DNA of 64,000 nt from contig MU058687.1 in assembly GCA_013265495.1 (NCBI GenBank), positions 4,586,093-4,650,092 of the forward strand, in the 5' to 3' direction. Numbering within the stretch: position 1 is the stretch's first letter; each line of letters begins with the position of its first letter. Of this stretch, positions 51,831-64,000 are shown piece after piece. The notes under the pieces were generated by a model that did no database searches, had not been told where the DNA came from, and saw nothing but the letters and a program-made list of their open reading frames with translations. This DNA comes from Vicugna vicugna. Its lineage: Eukaryota. A program made the translations under genes and the position numbers.

Positions 51831-52826
51831 TCTGCTGTACAACACAGTCCATTGTCTCAAGAAACAGAAAACAGACACAACAAGCTGGGGAATTACCTGA
51901 TCCTCTGATATCCCGGATGGCCAAAGGGGGACTTGGCCAAGGGTATCCAGGCGGCATCAGAATCGTTTGGGAACTGGACAGTTTGACACTACGCCCATCA
52001 CCTTCCTTTTACTCAGCAGCAGAAAGGCGGTCTTCCTACTCCTTCAAGACCCTTTTCTTCATATTGATCTCCCCTTAACCAGGAGTGGATTCTGCCAGCA
52101 CTGGAGTTGTCTGGCTTTCTGTAAACATGGATTTTCCGTGTGTAGTCTTCTAATAGGTGCCTGGCTTTGGGCTGAGGTAGGATTCTCGGGGTGTTCTGAA
52201 AGTTTTCTCTCTAGTGTGAGAAAGTGCTCCGATTCAGCTTGGTTTTCAGGCAGGGGAATATTTCCTGTCCTGGTTGGGTCTCACTGGCCAGAAAGCAAGT
52301 GAAAATGGCCCGTGCCCTCACCTGTCTCTGTTTACCTGTCTTGGTTTCCCATCTGAAGGCACAATCCTTGTTATTGTTCAAGACGTGTTCCCTGCCCCAG
52401 ACCCCACGCTTTGCTCACCAGCTGTTGAGTAGCTCTAAGAACATAAAACCTCCAGAAACCAGAAAGCCACCTTTTCTGAGACAATGTCCTCACCTCCCTT
52501 TTGTTACTGTTTTGGAATATTACTGTCACCACGACCCTTCCCTGCTGCCCGCCCCCACCCCATTAAAACATAGCAATGTACTCTCCTGGGTGACTTTCCC
52601 CTACACTAGGAATTTCAACTATTTCTGAGGCACTCTTTCAGAATTTGAATATAATTACATGCTTTGGGTGCAAATTGTGGTTTTTGCTACATAAGAAACT
52701 AATGGAAATGATCCGCCTGTTCCTGTAGTTTACAGATTATATGCTTCAGAACTGGGGGTATATATTTAGGCTGCTTTTCTGGGTGGCACATTAAAATGAA
52801 AATGAACTCGGGGGTGAGCCGCCACG

Positions 52827-52839
52827 GTTGCTAGGCAGT
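52827..52839 (+). promoter_or_regulatory. Candidate RFX X-box
   Basis: GTTGCTAGGCAGT is close to the GTTGCYAGGCAAC X-box and lies in repeat-free sequence. Confidence 0.5.
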
Positions 52840-54175
52840 AGAGCAGGTTGACAGAGCACAGCATTAAACTGAACCAGTGCTGATGTTTTACTTAACATGT
52901 ATTTGATTTGCACCTTTGTCATTTGATGTTGTCAAAGAAGGGAAGGGGGCGGAGATAGGCAGGGTCTGGCTGTCTGCAGAGCTCAAACAAGGAGGAAGAA
53001 ATAATCAGCCCACGACACCCAAGTGAAATGAGCACTTTTTAAAATTTGAATTTGCCGTACGGAGAACTCTTTTTATGAAGAGCATGAAAGACTTGTGGAG
53101 GTGCACAGGTCTGGCTGACAGCATCAGCAACACGGACTTGGGCAGACACTTGTCTTTGTAATAGGGGCAACTAGCTTCCCCAGGCTTGACCTTGCCTCGG
53201 CGGCTCTAGACGAAAGGTCATCACTCTGGTTGAAAATTTTAAATATGCTTCCACTGTCCCTGAAATTCCTGATCTCAAATCCCAAACTCAATCACGAGCA
53301 ACTAGTGATAGGTTGCAAAGGCTTTGGGACTTCTTTTTAAGTGTTAACTAATAGAATAACTCCAATTGCTTTGAACTCCTGGCTTTAAAAAAAAGGCTGA
53401 AAGATGCTTGTGAACAATTAGATCACAGATTAAACCAAGCATGACCCTCTGGGATGCTTGCTGTCAATTTTAGGAGCATCCTGATAATGTAGAAGTTCAG
53501 GAAAATAATTAAAGGGTTAAATCTCAACTCCTTTGAAAATTTGGCCTCTTGAATAATTTGGTTAGAAGGAGGGTCCTGCAGCTTGGATAGTCAAGGTTTT
53601 ATTGTATATCTGTTTCCTGGAACCAATTACTGAATATCTCTTGACATGAACCACTGTCTCAGCGTGATTGGACAGGCATTGCTGGGCGTTCACTTACGTC
53701 AGTTCAATCTTCTTAGAAAAAATAAACCCAGGAAAGGAGACCTCTGTGCTTTTACGAGTATGGTGAGAGTATCTTCTTTACTCTTAACAATAATTATAAT
53801 AGTGATAGTTCACCTTTTTTCAGTTATTTCAATGTACCAGGCACTCTCCTAAAGGTCTTAGCTCAGTTACTTTCCCATTTGGAAGATGCAGACACTGAAG
53901 CATGGAATGATTCGGTCACTTTCCAAAGGTCATGCGGGTAATACATGGCAGAACTAGATGAGGTATCCAAGCAGTTGGAATTCATACCTGTGCTCTTAAT
54001 ATTTAGACACTTAGGCAGTAGTACCTGGGATGGTGGAAAAAATTCTTAAAGTAGCATTTTCAAATGCAATACTTGGTTCTTTATAAAGGGCCTTTATGTT
54101 CTACTTAGAGTCAGAATTAATTATGAAGACTATGAATATTTTCTAAATTTAACAGCTGACTGTATGCAGTTACTT

Positions 54176-55068
54176 TGTGTCAGTCTTTCAGGTTCCTGCA
54201 CCTGATTCCAGTTTGTGTGTAGGTGGGGCAGGGGCTTCCCATGCAACACCAAGCAGGGCATCCAAGAATTCAACAATTCTGAGGCTTTTCTACCCGGAGA
54301 TAGCGTCAGATTTCACAGATTAACGGTTCAGTTTTACAAGAAGGCCCCCGTCCCCATGTCAGATTCCACTTGTAAGCCCAGGTTGTTAACTGTGCTTCTG
54401 ACCTACTGCCTACAGACTGGAGATTCTCACAACTGCTTCCTTGTACTTCAGCTATCGCAAGTTGAGATTATTACCTGTACTTCTGACTGATCAGTTATAA
54501 ATCAGAGGTTCCCATGGCCTCCTCTTGTGTTCGATGAATTTGGTAGAAAGGCTCACTGAACTCAAGAAACAAGTTTACTTACTAGATTACATATTTATTA
54601 CAAAAGGACACAACACAGGAGCAGCCATATGGAAGAGATACATAGGGCAAGACATGGGGAAAGGGCACACTTCAATCTCCAGGCGAGCCACTCTCCCCAA
54701 ATAGCCGGAAGCTTTCCTTGTCTTTTAGTGTTTTTGTTTTTGTTTTGGCAGACTTCATTACATAAGCATGACTGATTAACTCATTGCCCATTAGCTGATA
54801 GATCCAACCTCCAGCCCCACTCCTCTCCCCTGAGTTTGGTGCGGGGACTGAAAGTTCCAACCCTCTGATCACAAAGTTGGCTCCACAGGCAGCCAGCCTA
54901 TATCATTAACATAAGAAAAGACACCTTTATCCTCTCATCACTTAGGAAATTCCAGGGATTTTGGAAGCTGTGAGCCAAGAACTCAGGATGAAGACTGAGT
55001 ATATATGAGAGGTGTGTTTGGTCATCTGAATGAACCAGATAGATATTTCTTATAAACTATAATATCAC
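54176..55068. mobile_element. MER21-like ERV solo LTR
   Basis: TATAAATCAGAGGTTCCCATG...GGCTCACTGAACTCAAGAAAC...GAAAGTTCCAACCCTCTGATCAC...GGAAATTCCAGGGATTTTGGAAGCTGTG...AATATCAC. Confidence 0.72.
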
Positions 55069-55240
55069 GGTCAAGCACTGAAGTAAATGCTTTAGCTTAC
55101 TTCATTTTATCTTTACCAAACATCCTTCAGGGTAGACCCCAATTGTTACCATGAATTTATAGGAAAAAGAAATCGAGCCTCAGAGAGTTAATCAATTCAC
55201 GCAGGTCCTTCCACTTACAAGCAGTTAACCCCTTCATCTA

Positions 55241-55570
55241 CAGTCATCCCTCAGTATCCACAGGGGATTGGTTCCAAGACCTCCATCAAGTACCCAAATC
55301 TACCAATGCTCAAGTCCCTTATGTAGAGCGGGGTGGTATTTTCATATAACCTTAACCTATACACATCCTCCCGTATACTTTCAATCTTCTCAGGATTATT
55401 TCTAATACCTAATACAATGTAAATGCTATGTTAATAGTTGCCTGTGCATGGCAAATTCAAGTTTTGCTTTTTTGAACTTTCTGGGATTTTTTTTCCCCAA
55501 ATGTTTTTGATTCAGTGTTCCTTGAATCTGCAGATGCGGGACCAATGGATATGGAGGGAGGGCTGACTAC
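55241..55570. mobile_element. MER2-like Tigger (TcMar) non-autonomous transposon
   Basis: TA|CAGTCATCCCTCAGTATCCACAGGGGATTGGTTCCAAG at the left end and the inverted GGATATGGAGGG...CTGACT at the right end. Confidence 0.8.
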
Positions 55571-56664
55571 CTTAAACTTTTAGGTCAGGCAGTCTCTGCA
55601 AACGTAAAACCTGTTCCCTAGTATTGAGAGCAACTGATCAGAATAGATCCCTATAGTCACAGATCCTGTTATATTATAGATAATTATTTATGCTTTCTGA
55701 AACAGCCTTTGGAAACTGATGTAAGCTCCATAGTCAGTTGGCAAAGAATGGTTACTTAGTCAATCAAGGATCTGAGAGTGAGAGAACCCTCTATTGACAA
55801 GGGAGCCCACGGGCGACTCATCCATCTCATTTTTGACTCATTTCTTAGGAAGTTTAGTTTCTAAGCTTTCCCCTCAGATTACAATTTGAGGCAAACCACC
55901 AAAACTTCCTGGTTTTAGTTCTCTTACCTGCAAAATGACAGTATTGCAATTATTGACCCTGAAGTAGCCCACAAGCCCTGTATTGGCAACTTTGGTGTTA
56001 TCTTCTATCAGCACTATTAGGCATAATTCTGATGATTTCTCAAATACCTCTTCACTCTTATTAGATCACCTTTGAATCTACTTTTATTTTTAGCCCTTCA
56101 TACATATGGCAGAAGCTTATTAATTATGAGGGTAAAACTAATGAAATGAATATTTCAGGAGGTTAATGGCTTTCAGTTTAGGTGAATATGTGTGTATACA
56201 TGCACATGTGGGTGAACTTGTGAGCTAGAAGAGAAAAATAATGTAGCATAAAGGCCTTGATAGCAACCTAATTCACTCCTGACCTAGAGTGTGAGGGCCA
56301 GACATGAGGATGAAGCCTGCTGTGCATTCCAGACGTCCGGATGTTTCAGTACCTGCTCCTTGTTACCCTAATGTCATTTATCAGTGCATTGTCTCATGGG
56401 GGCTCCTGTTCATATACCAGTTTTTTGTTTTGTTTTGTTTTTTTCATATATGAGTTATAATCCAAGAGGGGGACAGCATTAATGTGAGATAGGGATGTAG
56501 ACCTGGAGATCTGGTCCTCTGCAGCCAGCCCCTCTCTTTCAGATGATTTCTTTATTGAATTTTACATGCCGGGGAGCCACTTTGGGTGTATGTGCTGCTA
56601 GCCCTATCATCCGTCAGTTATTAAGGACCTGCCAGATTAGCTATCATATAAGAATGCTCTTATA

Positions 56665-56805
56665 GGGAGGGAGGGTATAGCTTAGTGGTAGAGCACGTGC
56701 TTAGCATGCACAAGACTCCGGGTTCAATCCCCAGTACCTCCATTAAATTAATTAATTAATTACTTCCCTCCTCCATAAACAAAGCCCCCCCCAAAAATTA
56801 TAAAG
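56665..56805 (+). mobile_element. tRNA-derived SINE (camelid vic-1-like)
   Basis: GGGAGGGTATAGCTTAGTGGTAGAGCACGTGCTTAGCATGCAC...GGGTTCAATCCCCAGTACCTCC with A and B boxes. Degenerate TSD AATGCTCTTATAG / AACGCTCTTTCAG. Confidence 0.88.
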
Positions 56806-58431
56806 GTAACGCTCTTTCAGACAATGCTGAGACAGTGACCCTTTATTTCCCTGCACCAGGTAACATAGTAGTAACAGAAATAGACTCACCACCTGAACAC
56901 TAAGCTCTTCAAGCCCTGCGTGATGCCCCTAAAAGAATATTCTGATGAAATGTCTTCATTGGACTTAAAAGCTGCTTTGCATTTGTGGAATTATCAAGTG
57001 CTGGACTTGGAAGAGGTCTGTCGGGACCTTTTCCAATCAAATTCGTCTTCATGCAGAGAAACTTTAACAGCCGGGAAGTTTATAAGTTGTCTCCAAATGA
57101 TGCTTTTCAAGTGAGGGGCGAGTTAAAGCTGAAACAGGAGTCCTCTTTCTGCTGCACCACAGTGCTGGGACTCAGACGCTTTCCAGGTGTCACCTGTTTG
57201 CTGTGGACAAGGAGCCTGGGATAGTCTCTGGCACAAATGAAGTAATGAATCAGCGCAGAAGGATCAGAGAGTGTGAGAGCCAAGTTACTCTAAACACTAG
57301 CGTGGGTTCAGTTCCCGTAATTAGCATCACAGAACGCACTCCTCCCTCCATCCCAGCCCCGATGTTCCCTCACAGGGTCCCCGTTTTCCCTCTGCCCCAG
57401 CAGCCTGGAAGGGAGATTCAGTGTGCCACAGTTCTATCAAACCATTTGATGAGAGCTTTCGAGCCTAATTACATGGAAGGTTTCATCCAGTGAAAGGAAA
57501 GAGGAAAGAGAAAGGGAGAAATTAAATTGAAGTGTGAATCAGTCAAGGGCTTAGATCCTGCGCTTCCTTTCTTTTTAATCAAGAGTAAAATGAGAGGAGA
57601 GTTTTAAGGATCATCACCAGATGATTAACTACCCAAGGAGCTCTTGACGGAAGATGGTTTGTCATGGAAAGAAAAGTGTATGATCTGTCCAAAAAGGGAA
57701 GTATCCAAAGGTCATTTAGAGGGATGACACTGAGGGGCAGGATGATTTGTTTTCCTGTGACAAGTTGGGCTTCAGTTTCCCTAGATGGGGGACCTAACAC
57801 ATTTGCTAGTACATTTCCTTGCACACATGAAGAGCTCAATAAATATTTAAAATCAATGATACAGTAAATATGTAGTGTGCAACAGGTAATTATATATTGT
57901 GTACGAAAGAGTAATATGTTTTCAAATTACTCAGTATTGGACGCTGCACCGGAAATCAGTATTCAATATTTTGGCCAATTTTCCCTTGTAGCTGACATAG
58001 TTTTGGAATACTATATAACACATATAAAATCACTTGATTTTTGTGGAGTGTTTTACAGTGTTACAGAGAAAATTCAAGATCTTTTTGTTCCTCCCCCACA
58101 GCTTTCTGCAGCAGGAGGAGAAGTGGTAGGATTGTTATTTGTCATTCCCCCCCTTTTAAAACTGATGTAATCAAAGCTAAAGGAGCATCGATGTCTTGAC
58201 CAAAGTCATTCCAGTATTAAATGACAGAGCAGAAACTGACACCCAGTTTCTGTCCACTGCCCCGCTTTGTATGACTTAGTATCTTGTGTAGAATTTCTTT
58301 CTGGGCTTTCAGGTTAAAGAGGAAGAGAAGAACAGAGAGACGAGTGCTCGCAGAAGCATGCTTAGAACAGAGAAGGTGCGCTACACCTTCACTGGACTTC
58401 ACGCTTAACTATTAAGTACTTACAATGAAAT

Positions 58432-58555
58432 GGTGGGGAGGGTATAGCTCGAGTGGAAGAGCACATGCTTAGCATGGATAAGGTCCTGTGTTCAATCCCC
58501 AGTACCTCCTCTACAAACAAACCAACCTAATTATTCCCCCCTCCCCTCAACAAAA
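58432..58555 (+). mobile_element. tRNA-derived SINE (camelid vic-1-like)
   Basis: GGGGAGGGTATAGCTCGAGTGG...GTTCAATCCCCAGTACCTCC. TSD AAGTACTTACAATGA (58414-58428) / GAGTACCTACAATGA (58556-58570). Confidence 0.88.
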
Positions 58556-58649
58556 GAGTACCTACAATGAGCAATGCCAGTCCTTGGGCTGTGCTCTGCC
58601 ATGGACAGTTGAAAGGTGTGCCCTATATTCAAGGCTTACAGCGTGGCCA

Positions 58650-59400
58650 TGAATTCCTTAAAGTATGTAGATCTATCTTTTCCATCCCACAGTGGTCTCA
58701 ACCATGTCACCTGGATACTTGCAACAACCTTGGTAACGGACCTCACTAAGCCTCTGATTCGCCTTCTGTCCGTTCTCCGCCCACCACTGGCACCATCCGG
58801 CTCAAGTACCAGTCTGATCATGCCGTTCTTCCGTGGGCTCCTCGCGGCCTACAGGACAAAGTCCAATCAGATCACACCATTCCCTCTGTAGCTGAAGCGA
58901 AAGCTAGCCTTTTAACCCCTGTTTATCTCTACCTTCATTCCATAACATGATCTTTGACCACCTTGGCCTAATTCTTTTTATTTCATTTTTTGGTTTTATT
59001 CCATTTTTATTTTTTGTTCCTTGAACACACCAATTTTGTTCCCACTCTAGGGCCTTTATGTTATCAGTTCCTTCTCTCTGGAATGTTTTCTTTTTCATCC
59101 AGATTGCCACATGGCCATTTCTCCTTATTATAACATCAGTCTTCAACTTCAGTGTCATCTCCTTAATGACCCAGTCTAAAAAGCACTCTTTCAAGTCCCT
59201 CTCCAGCATAACAGCTTGATTTCTTATTATTATAGCACAAATACCTCCAAGAAAGTCCACGTTGTGCGTATTGCTTCCATCAACCACTGAGAACAGAGAC
59301 CTTGCCTACTTTGTTCATGGTTGTATATCTAGTGCCTAAAACAGTGACCCAAAGGTGTGAGTTTCTGGAAACATTTGCTTAATGAATGGATGGAAGAATA
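58650..59400 (+). mobile_element. L2 3' fragment
   Basis: CCTTGAACACACCA...CAGTTCCTTCTCTCTGGAATG...TCTAGTGCCTAAAACAGTG...AATGAATGGATGGA. Confidence 0.7.
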
Positions 59401-59484
59401 CTTGAAATATATTTCCCTAAGTTGTGGCTCCCATCCAGAATGGAGCCTCAGAAGTCACTGGGCCTTTTCAAAATTCCATAACTT

Positions 59485-59858
59485 AAAAAATTTTTTTTCT
59501 TTTCATGCTCTCTTTTTAAAAATTAAAAAAAAAATGTATTGAAGTATAGTCAGTTTACAATGTTGTGTCAGTTTCTGGTGTACAGCATAATTGTTCATTC
59601 ATACACATACATGTATTCATTTTCATATTCTATAGGTTACTACTATAAGTTATTGAATATAGTTTTATGTGCTTATAGTATAAATTTGTTGTTTATCAGT
59701 TTTTGTGAGGAATCTTCCAATATTTCGAAGGGAGAGACACTCTGCCAAAGTTCAGTAGGTGTTCTGTGCAATTCAGTGGGTCTGTAGATGTTATTCTTGG
59801 TGTATTCATGGGAGGAGGCGAGCTCTGAGTCCCTCTGCTCCGCCATCTTGGCACTCTC
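59485..59858 (-). mobile_element. Bipartite L1: about 160 bp of 5'UTR head fused to about 200 bp of 3'UTR tail
   Basis: Minus strand begins GGAGAGTGCCAAGATGGCGGAGCAGAGGGACTCAGAGCTCGCCTCCTCCC (L1 5' terminus with YY1 motif) and joins at about 59697 to ATAAACAAC...TATACTTCAATA plus an A-rich tail. Degenerate 16-bp TSD (12/16) at 59469-59484 and 59859-59874. Confidence 0.8.
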
Positions 59859-61240
59859 CAGAACTTCATGACTTCGAATGTACTATTCCCGCAATTGAAA
59901 ATCTCTAATATTTAGTAGATTTCTACTCATTTTTCACCTGGCAGCTCACTCCATGGTATCTAGTCTATGAAGCATTCCCTGCCTCCCATCAGTACAGTGA
60001 ATGTCTCAGCCTTCTGTGTTTTTTTCTCTATAGCACTTTTCTCATTGAATAATCAAAATTATTAAACATGTTTTAGGGCTCTGACTACATTCCAGGCACT
60101 GTCCTGGGTGCCAGATACTTAGATATGAGTAGAATTCAGGCCCTGCAGGAGGTTCATGCCTTGGTAGACCTGTTCCCTCTCATTTTATTAAACATGCAGT
60201 ATTAAGTTGCTACCATTTATTGATGGTGATTGTTTTCCCCACTAGACTCTGACTTCTTTAAGGGTAAGGGAAGAGTTATTCTGGATGACCAACGTAGTTC
60301 TTGCTTTGTAAAAGGTGCTCATTGATACCCATTAATGGAAGAATCTAGTGAGTGGGTTGAAAGGTAAGAACATACAGTATTTTAATGCATGTAATAGCAT
60401 GGCAAATGTCATGAGAGAGGTGAAAATGACCACAGGAATTTAGACCAGAGTTTGCTAAAGGATGGGTAGGTACATAGAGGAACATTAAGAGAAGGGCCAG
60501 CAAAGGAGATTGGGGCTCTTTGATGGAGGGCATTGAGAAGTCATTATAATAACAATTAGAAACTTTGGCATTTATAATCTACAAACCAGTAAGGTGAGCA
60601 TTATCTGGCTTACTCCTTTCAATCACCCTGTGATTCTTTCATCACTATCACCATTTATAAAAGAGGAAAGGGGTCAAGTGTGAGACATTGATGCTTACTT
60701 CTTATGAGAGGTTGCTGTATTTTTCCAAAATGCAAATCTGGTTTTATAATGCCTTTCTTTTAAAAAACATAAAAAAGCAAAAGAAACAAACAAAACCTTC
60801 TGATAGCCCTTTAGATAAAGACAAAATTGTTCACCATGTTTTGGAGGTCCCTGCCTGGTCTGGCCATCATTGGCATCTTTAGCCTCATACCCACTAGGTC
60901 CTTCCATCTCTTCTGTTGCAGCTCCCTGACCTCCTCTTAGTCTGTCCTCCTCTTCCTTTGCAGATTTGCCTTTGCTCATCCCATTTACACAGTTTCCTCA
61001 CCTCTTCCCCTGGCTGGCATCTGCTTAGACCTGACGTCTCTACTTTGGATATACCGCCTTTCTAGGAAGTCCCCCTTCCACTTCCTTGAGAAATTCAAAT
61101 TCCCCAAATACAGGTTCTCATAACCTTTTGGAACTCTCCCCTGTTGCACATTTCACTGTTGCTGCTTTACATTTTGTTGTGAGATTATTCAATCAATATC
61201 AATTTCCCCTAGTAGATTGAAAATTCCACTGGGGTCAAGA

Positions 61241-61432
61241 TAGGGTCTTGAGATTTAGCAAGTAAAATGCAAGGCACCCAATTAAATTTGATATTCAGAT
61301 AAATGACCAACTTAAAAAAAATTAAGTCTAAATGTCCCATGCAATATTTGAGATGATTTATACTACGTTTTTTGGTATTTTTCTGAAACCCAAATTTAAC
61401 TGGGTATCTGGTGTTTCATCTGGTAGCCTTAG
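61241..61432. mobile_element. MER33/MER3-like hAT element nested in an L2 (about 60750-61520)
   Basis: AGATTTAGCAAGTAAAATGCAAGGCACCCAATTAAATTTGATATTCAGATAAA...AAATTTAACTGGGTATCTG. Confidence 0.7.
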
Positions 61433-62391
61433 TCAGAAACCGCTTCTGCTGCTTTTCACTGCTAGCCCGATAGCTGGGAGTGCAGCAAATGGGTGATCAC
61501 CCAGCAGTGGATGAATAAATGAAATGTTTAAAAAATATTCTGGGAGTGGCATGTAGGATAAATTGGTATGACAAGAGACTGAATTTGGAAGGACTAATTA
61601 GCAAACTGTCTCAATCGTCAGAGGTAAAGTTTATAAGAACCCAAATAGATGGAAATGTGTAGGAGGAGCATTTCCTAGTGGGAATCAGAATTTGCCCAGG
61701 TGTGACTATTTAGAAAACCAACATCCTGAGGAACAGGGGAAAGGATCATTTCAAATTACACGATCAGGATCGAAAACCATGAAAAAGGTGGAAATAAATA
61801 CAAGCCCTGTGATTTACATACTGCTACACAACTTTCAAAGTATTGTTCTGTGTTCTACATCATTCCTCTTTGTAGGAGAGGCTTGTTTCTGAAAAGATGG
61901 CCACTTTCAATGATCACTTTCCTTTGTAAATGCAGTTAGATTTCCCAGTTAATGTCCATCAACTCAGAGGTGTTTGCCTTCATTTCTGTACATCTGTGCA
62001 TTTTTAATGAATTCTTTCTTAGTTAAGCTCCATATTTCTCGCTGCCGAATCTTTTATTTCAGAAGCACCAGATCATTTTGTACTATGTGTAACAAACCTC
62101 AGGTGCATGTGTATTAGCAGGTTGATTTTTATCCATCAGGTTTCTAAAAATGGGCTATAACTAGCCTGTAATGAGACGACCAGCCAGAGGCTAATTTCTG
62201 TGGTATTTCTTCCCGATGCCAGAACAGGTGGAGGTTGACAAGTCACCAGCTCCCACTTCACATAATAAAGATGTAATTCCAGCCATTCAAGTTTGTATTG
62301 AAAGCAAATCTTTTCATTCCTTATTTTTCAATTAGTGCAGAGCGTAGCCCCATGACCTCTAGCTACGGGAGGCCAGACGCACACTTATTCT

Positions 62392-62405
62392 TAACTAGAT
62401 GGCGC
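62392..62405 (+). promoter_or_regulatory. Candidate CTCF motif
   Basis: TAACTAGATGGCGC matches the ACTAGATGGCGC core within a small CpG-retaining patch. Confidence 0.4.
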
Positions 62406-62624
62406 GCACAGAGACCGCAGTTGGCATTTCCTCAGCTGCTCCTGCAGAAGTCTTGAACATTTTTCCGCAGCACGTGCTTGCCTGAGAGGTGCTATTTGAA
62501 ACATTAGGTGTGATGAGTGAGACGATAAAAAGCCAGAGCCTATTGGGAAGAAAATAGAGGCTCTCTGACTTTACACACCTGAGCGTGACTGATCACTTTC
62601 TCAGTTAGCAGATTACTCTAGACG

Positions 62625-62755
62625 AGAGATCACCAAACATTTCCTGGAAGGGGCCAGATGGTAAACATCTTCAGTTTTGCAGGACATACAGTCTCGCTTC
62701 CACCACAACCCCTCCACTCTGCCACAGGCAGGACAAGTTTGCTGACTCCTGCCCT
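62625..62755. mobile_element. MER58-like hAT remnant
   Basis: CAAACATTTCCTGGAAGGGCCAGATGGTAAACAT...AGTTTGCTGACTCCTG. Confidence 0.65.
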
Positions 62756-63496
62756 AGACTTAACCTTCCTGATCTGAAAATGGCAATAATAAAGTCTATA
62801 TGAACAAGGGTGTTGGGGTTAAAAATTTTATCTACACAAAGAACCTAACACAGAATTTGATGCATAAATAAGATTTCAGTAAATGCGAACTAGTGTTGTG
62901 ATTATAATAAGTGAATTTTAGAGCTGCAAGGAATCTTGGAGATCGTAGTCGATTTTCTCCTTTTAAAGGATGTCTAAATGGAGGATCCAAGAAGTGCAGG
63001 GATGTAACCAAGGCTAGTGAAATGTGTTTCCCCACAGTTCTGTTCATATCACCAGTCTCAGAATTCCCCGGTAGTAGTGCAGCATCAAGCCAAGCCGTAT
63101 CTTAGGGGCTATTTGAGCACTGAGTCAACATGAGTGCATCAAATGTCAACCATACATGAGACCTATGCTGTGTATTACAGATGATACAAGGATCAGTGAA
63201 GTCCTTATCTTTGAAGATCTAACAGTTTTTATTTACCCAAGTAACTATAGTGAGGTGGGAAGTAACAAGTGTTAAAAGAGTGTACGTGTGCCAAGTCCTG
63301 TGTGCCAAGCATTCCTCTTAGGTGCTCACATGTTTTATCTCATATGATCCCCTCAACAGTTCAAATTACCAGCATTTTATCTTTGAAGATACCGAGGCTC
63401 AAAAGTTAAGTAATCTGCCCAAGGTCAAGAGTTAGCAAGTGCTGGAGCAAGGATTTGAACTTGTTTCTTTCATTACACAATGTACTTTCTACCAGC

Positions 63497-64000
63497 TGTT
63501 GGAGAAGTATTTTTCTGTTACCAACTGCTGTATAACAAGCTACTCTAAAACACGAAAACATCCATGTTGTTTGCTTGTGTTTCCATGGGTCAGCAATTTA
63601 AGTGGACCTAGCCGGGTAGTTCTGAAGGTGTCACATGGCGCCCTCACGTGGTTGTGGTTATCTGGCGGATGAACTGAGGGTGATGGTCTAAGATGGTCTC
63701 ACTCGCGTAGCTGGTTAGCTCTGGCTGCTAATCTAGGGGGAGTCTTAGGTGGTTGGCCATCTCTGCTCCATGTGACCTCTCACTCTCTACTTGGCTAGCC
63801 TGGTCTTTTCACACAGGGGTCTCAGGGCTGCATTCTAAGACAGTGATAACAATAGTAGCAAGAACGTTTAAGAGCTTGGAAGTCACACAACTGTGCTTTC
63901 ACTGCACTCAGTTGATTAAGAGCCAGTCCAGATTCAGTGGGTTGGGAGAGATAAAGTCTGCCTACTAGTAGGAGAAGAAGCAAAGTCACATTATAAAAGG
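63497..64000. mobile_element. Old MLT1 LTR (runs off window)
   Basis: CTGCTGTATAACAAGCTACTCTAAAAC...GGTCTAAGATGG...TTGGAAGTCACACAACTGTGCTTTCACTGCA...GTCCAGATTCA. Confidence 0.7.

Larger units (their letters stand above)
44306..64000 (+). other. NRXN3: First intron of NRXN3-beta (continues beyond window)
   Basis: Starts with GT after the beta exon. No sequence encoding the next neurexin exon (GATYIF...) is visible in the ORF track, and the region is repeat-rich. Confidence 0.85.

Noticed and set aside
56665..56742. tRNA-Ala-like sequences (also 15594 and 58432) as tRNA genes
   Set aside because: Poor acceptor-stem pairing, A-rich tails and TSDs identify them as SINE copies.
1..64000. CRISPR arrays, rRNA, operon-like or viral coding systems
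   Set aside because: No regularly spaced repeats, rRNA-like sequence or long coding ORFs. The window is mammalian intronic DNA.

Overview
Mammalian genomic DNA, most likely a camelid (alpaca/camel). This is inferred from three tRNA-derived SINEs of the camelid vic-1 type and cetartiodactyl-type L1 3' ends. The window lies inside the neurexin-3 (NRXN3) gene on the + strand. Its only well-supported coding sequence is the beta-specific first exon (ATG 44062, phase-1 donor after 44305), preceded by a CpG-island promoter and a roughly 0.9 kb GC/pyrimidine-rich leader carrying a (GCT)10 repeat and seven upstream ATGs. The rest is intronic: old MIR/L2/L1M/MLT1/MER elements, five antisense L1 insertions with target-site duplications, microsatellites and candidate regulatory blocks. 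Most interesting observations: (1) a roughly 375-bp bipartite L1 made of the L1 5'UTR head joined directly to the 3'UTR tail, possibly a spliced retrocopy; (2) a candidate 66-nt phase-1/phase-1 in-frame cassette exon about 20 kb upstream of the beta exon; (3) a chained uORF pair ending 2 nt before the NRXN3-beta start; (4) a competing AG|GT donor or recursive-type site 66 nt into the beta intron. All repeat family names were recognised by eye without a database search, and boundaries of old repeats are approximate. No prokaryote-type systems (CRISPR, operons) are present.
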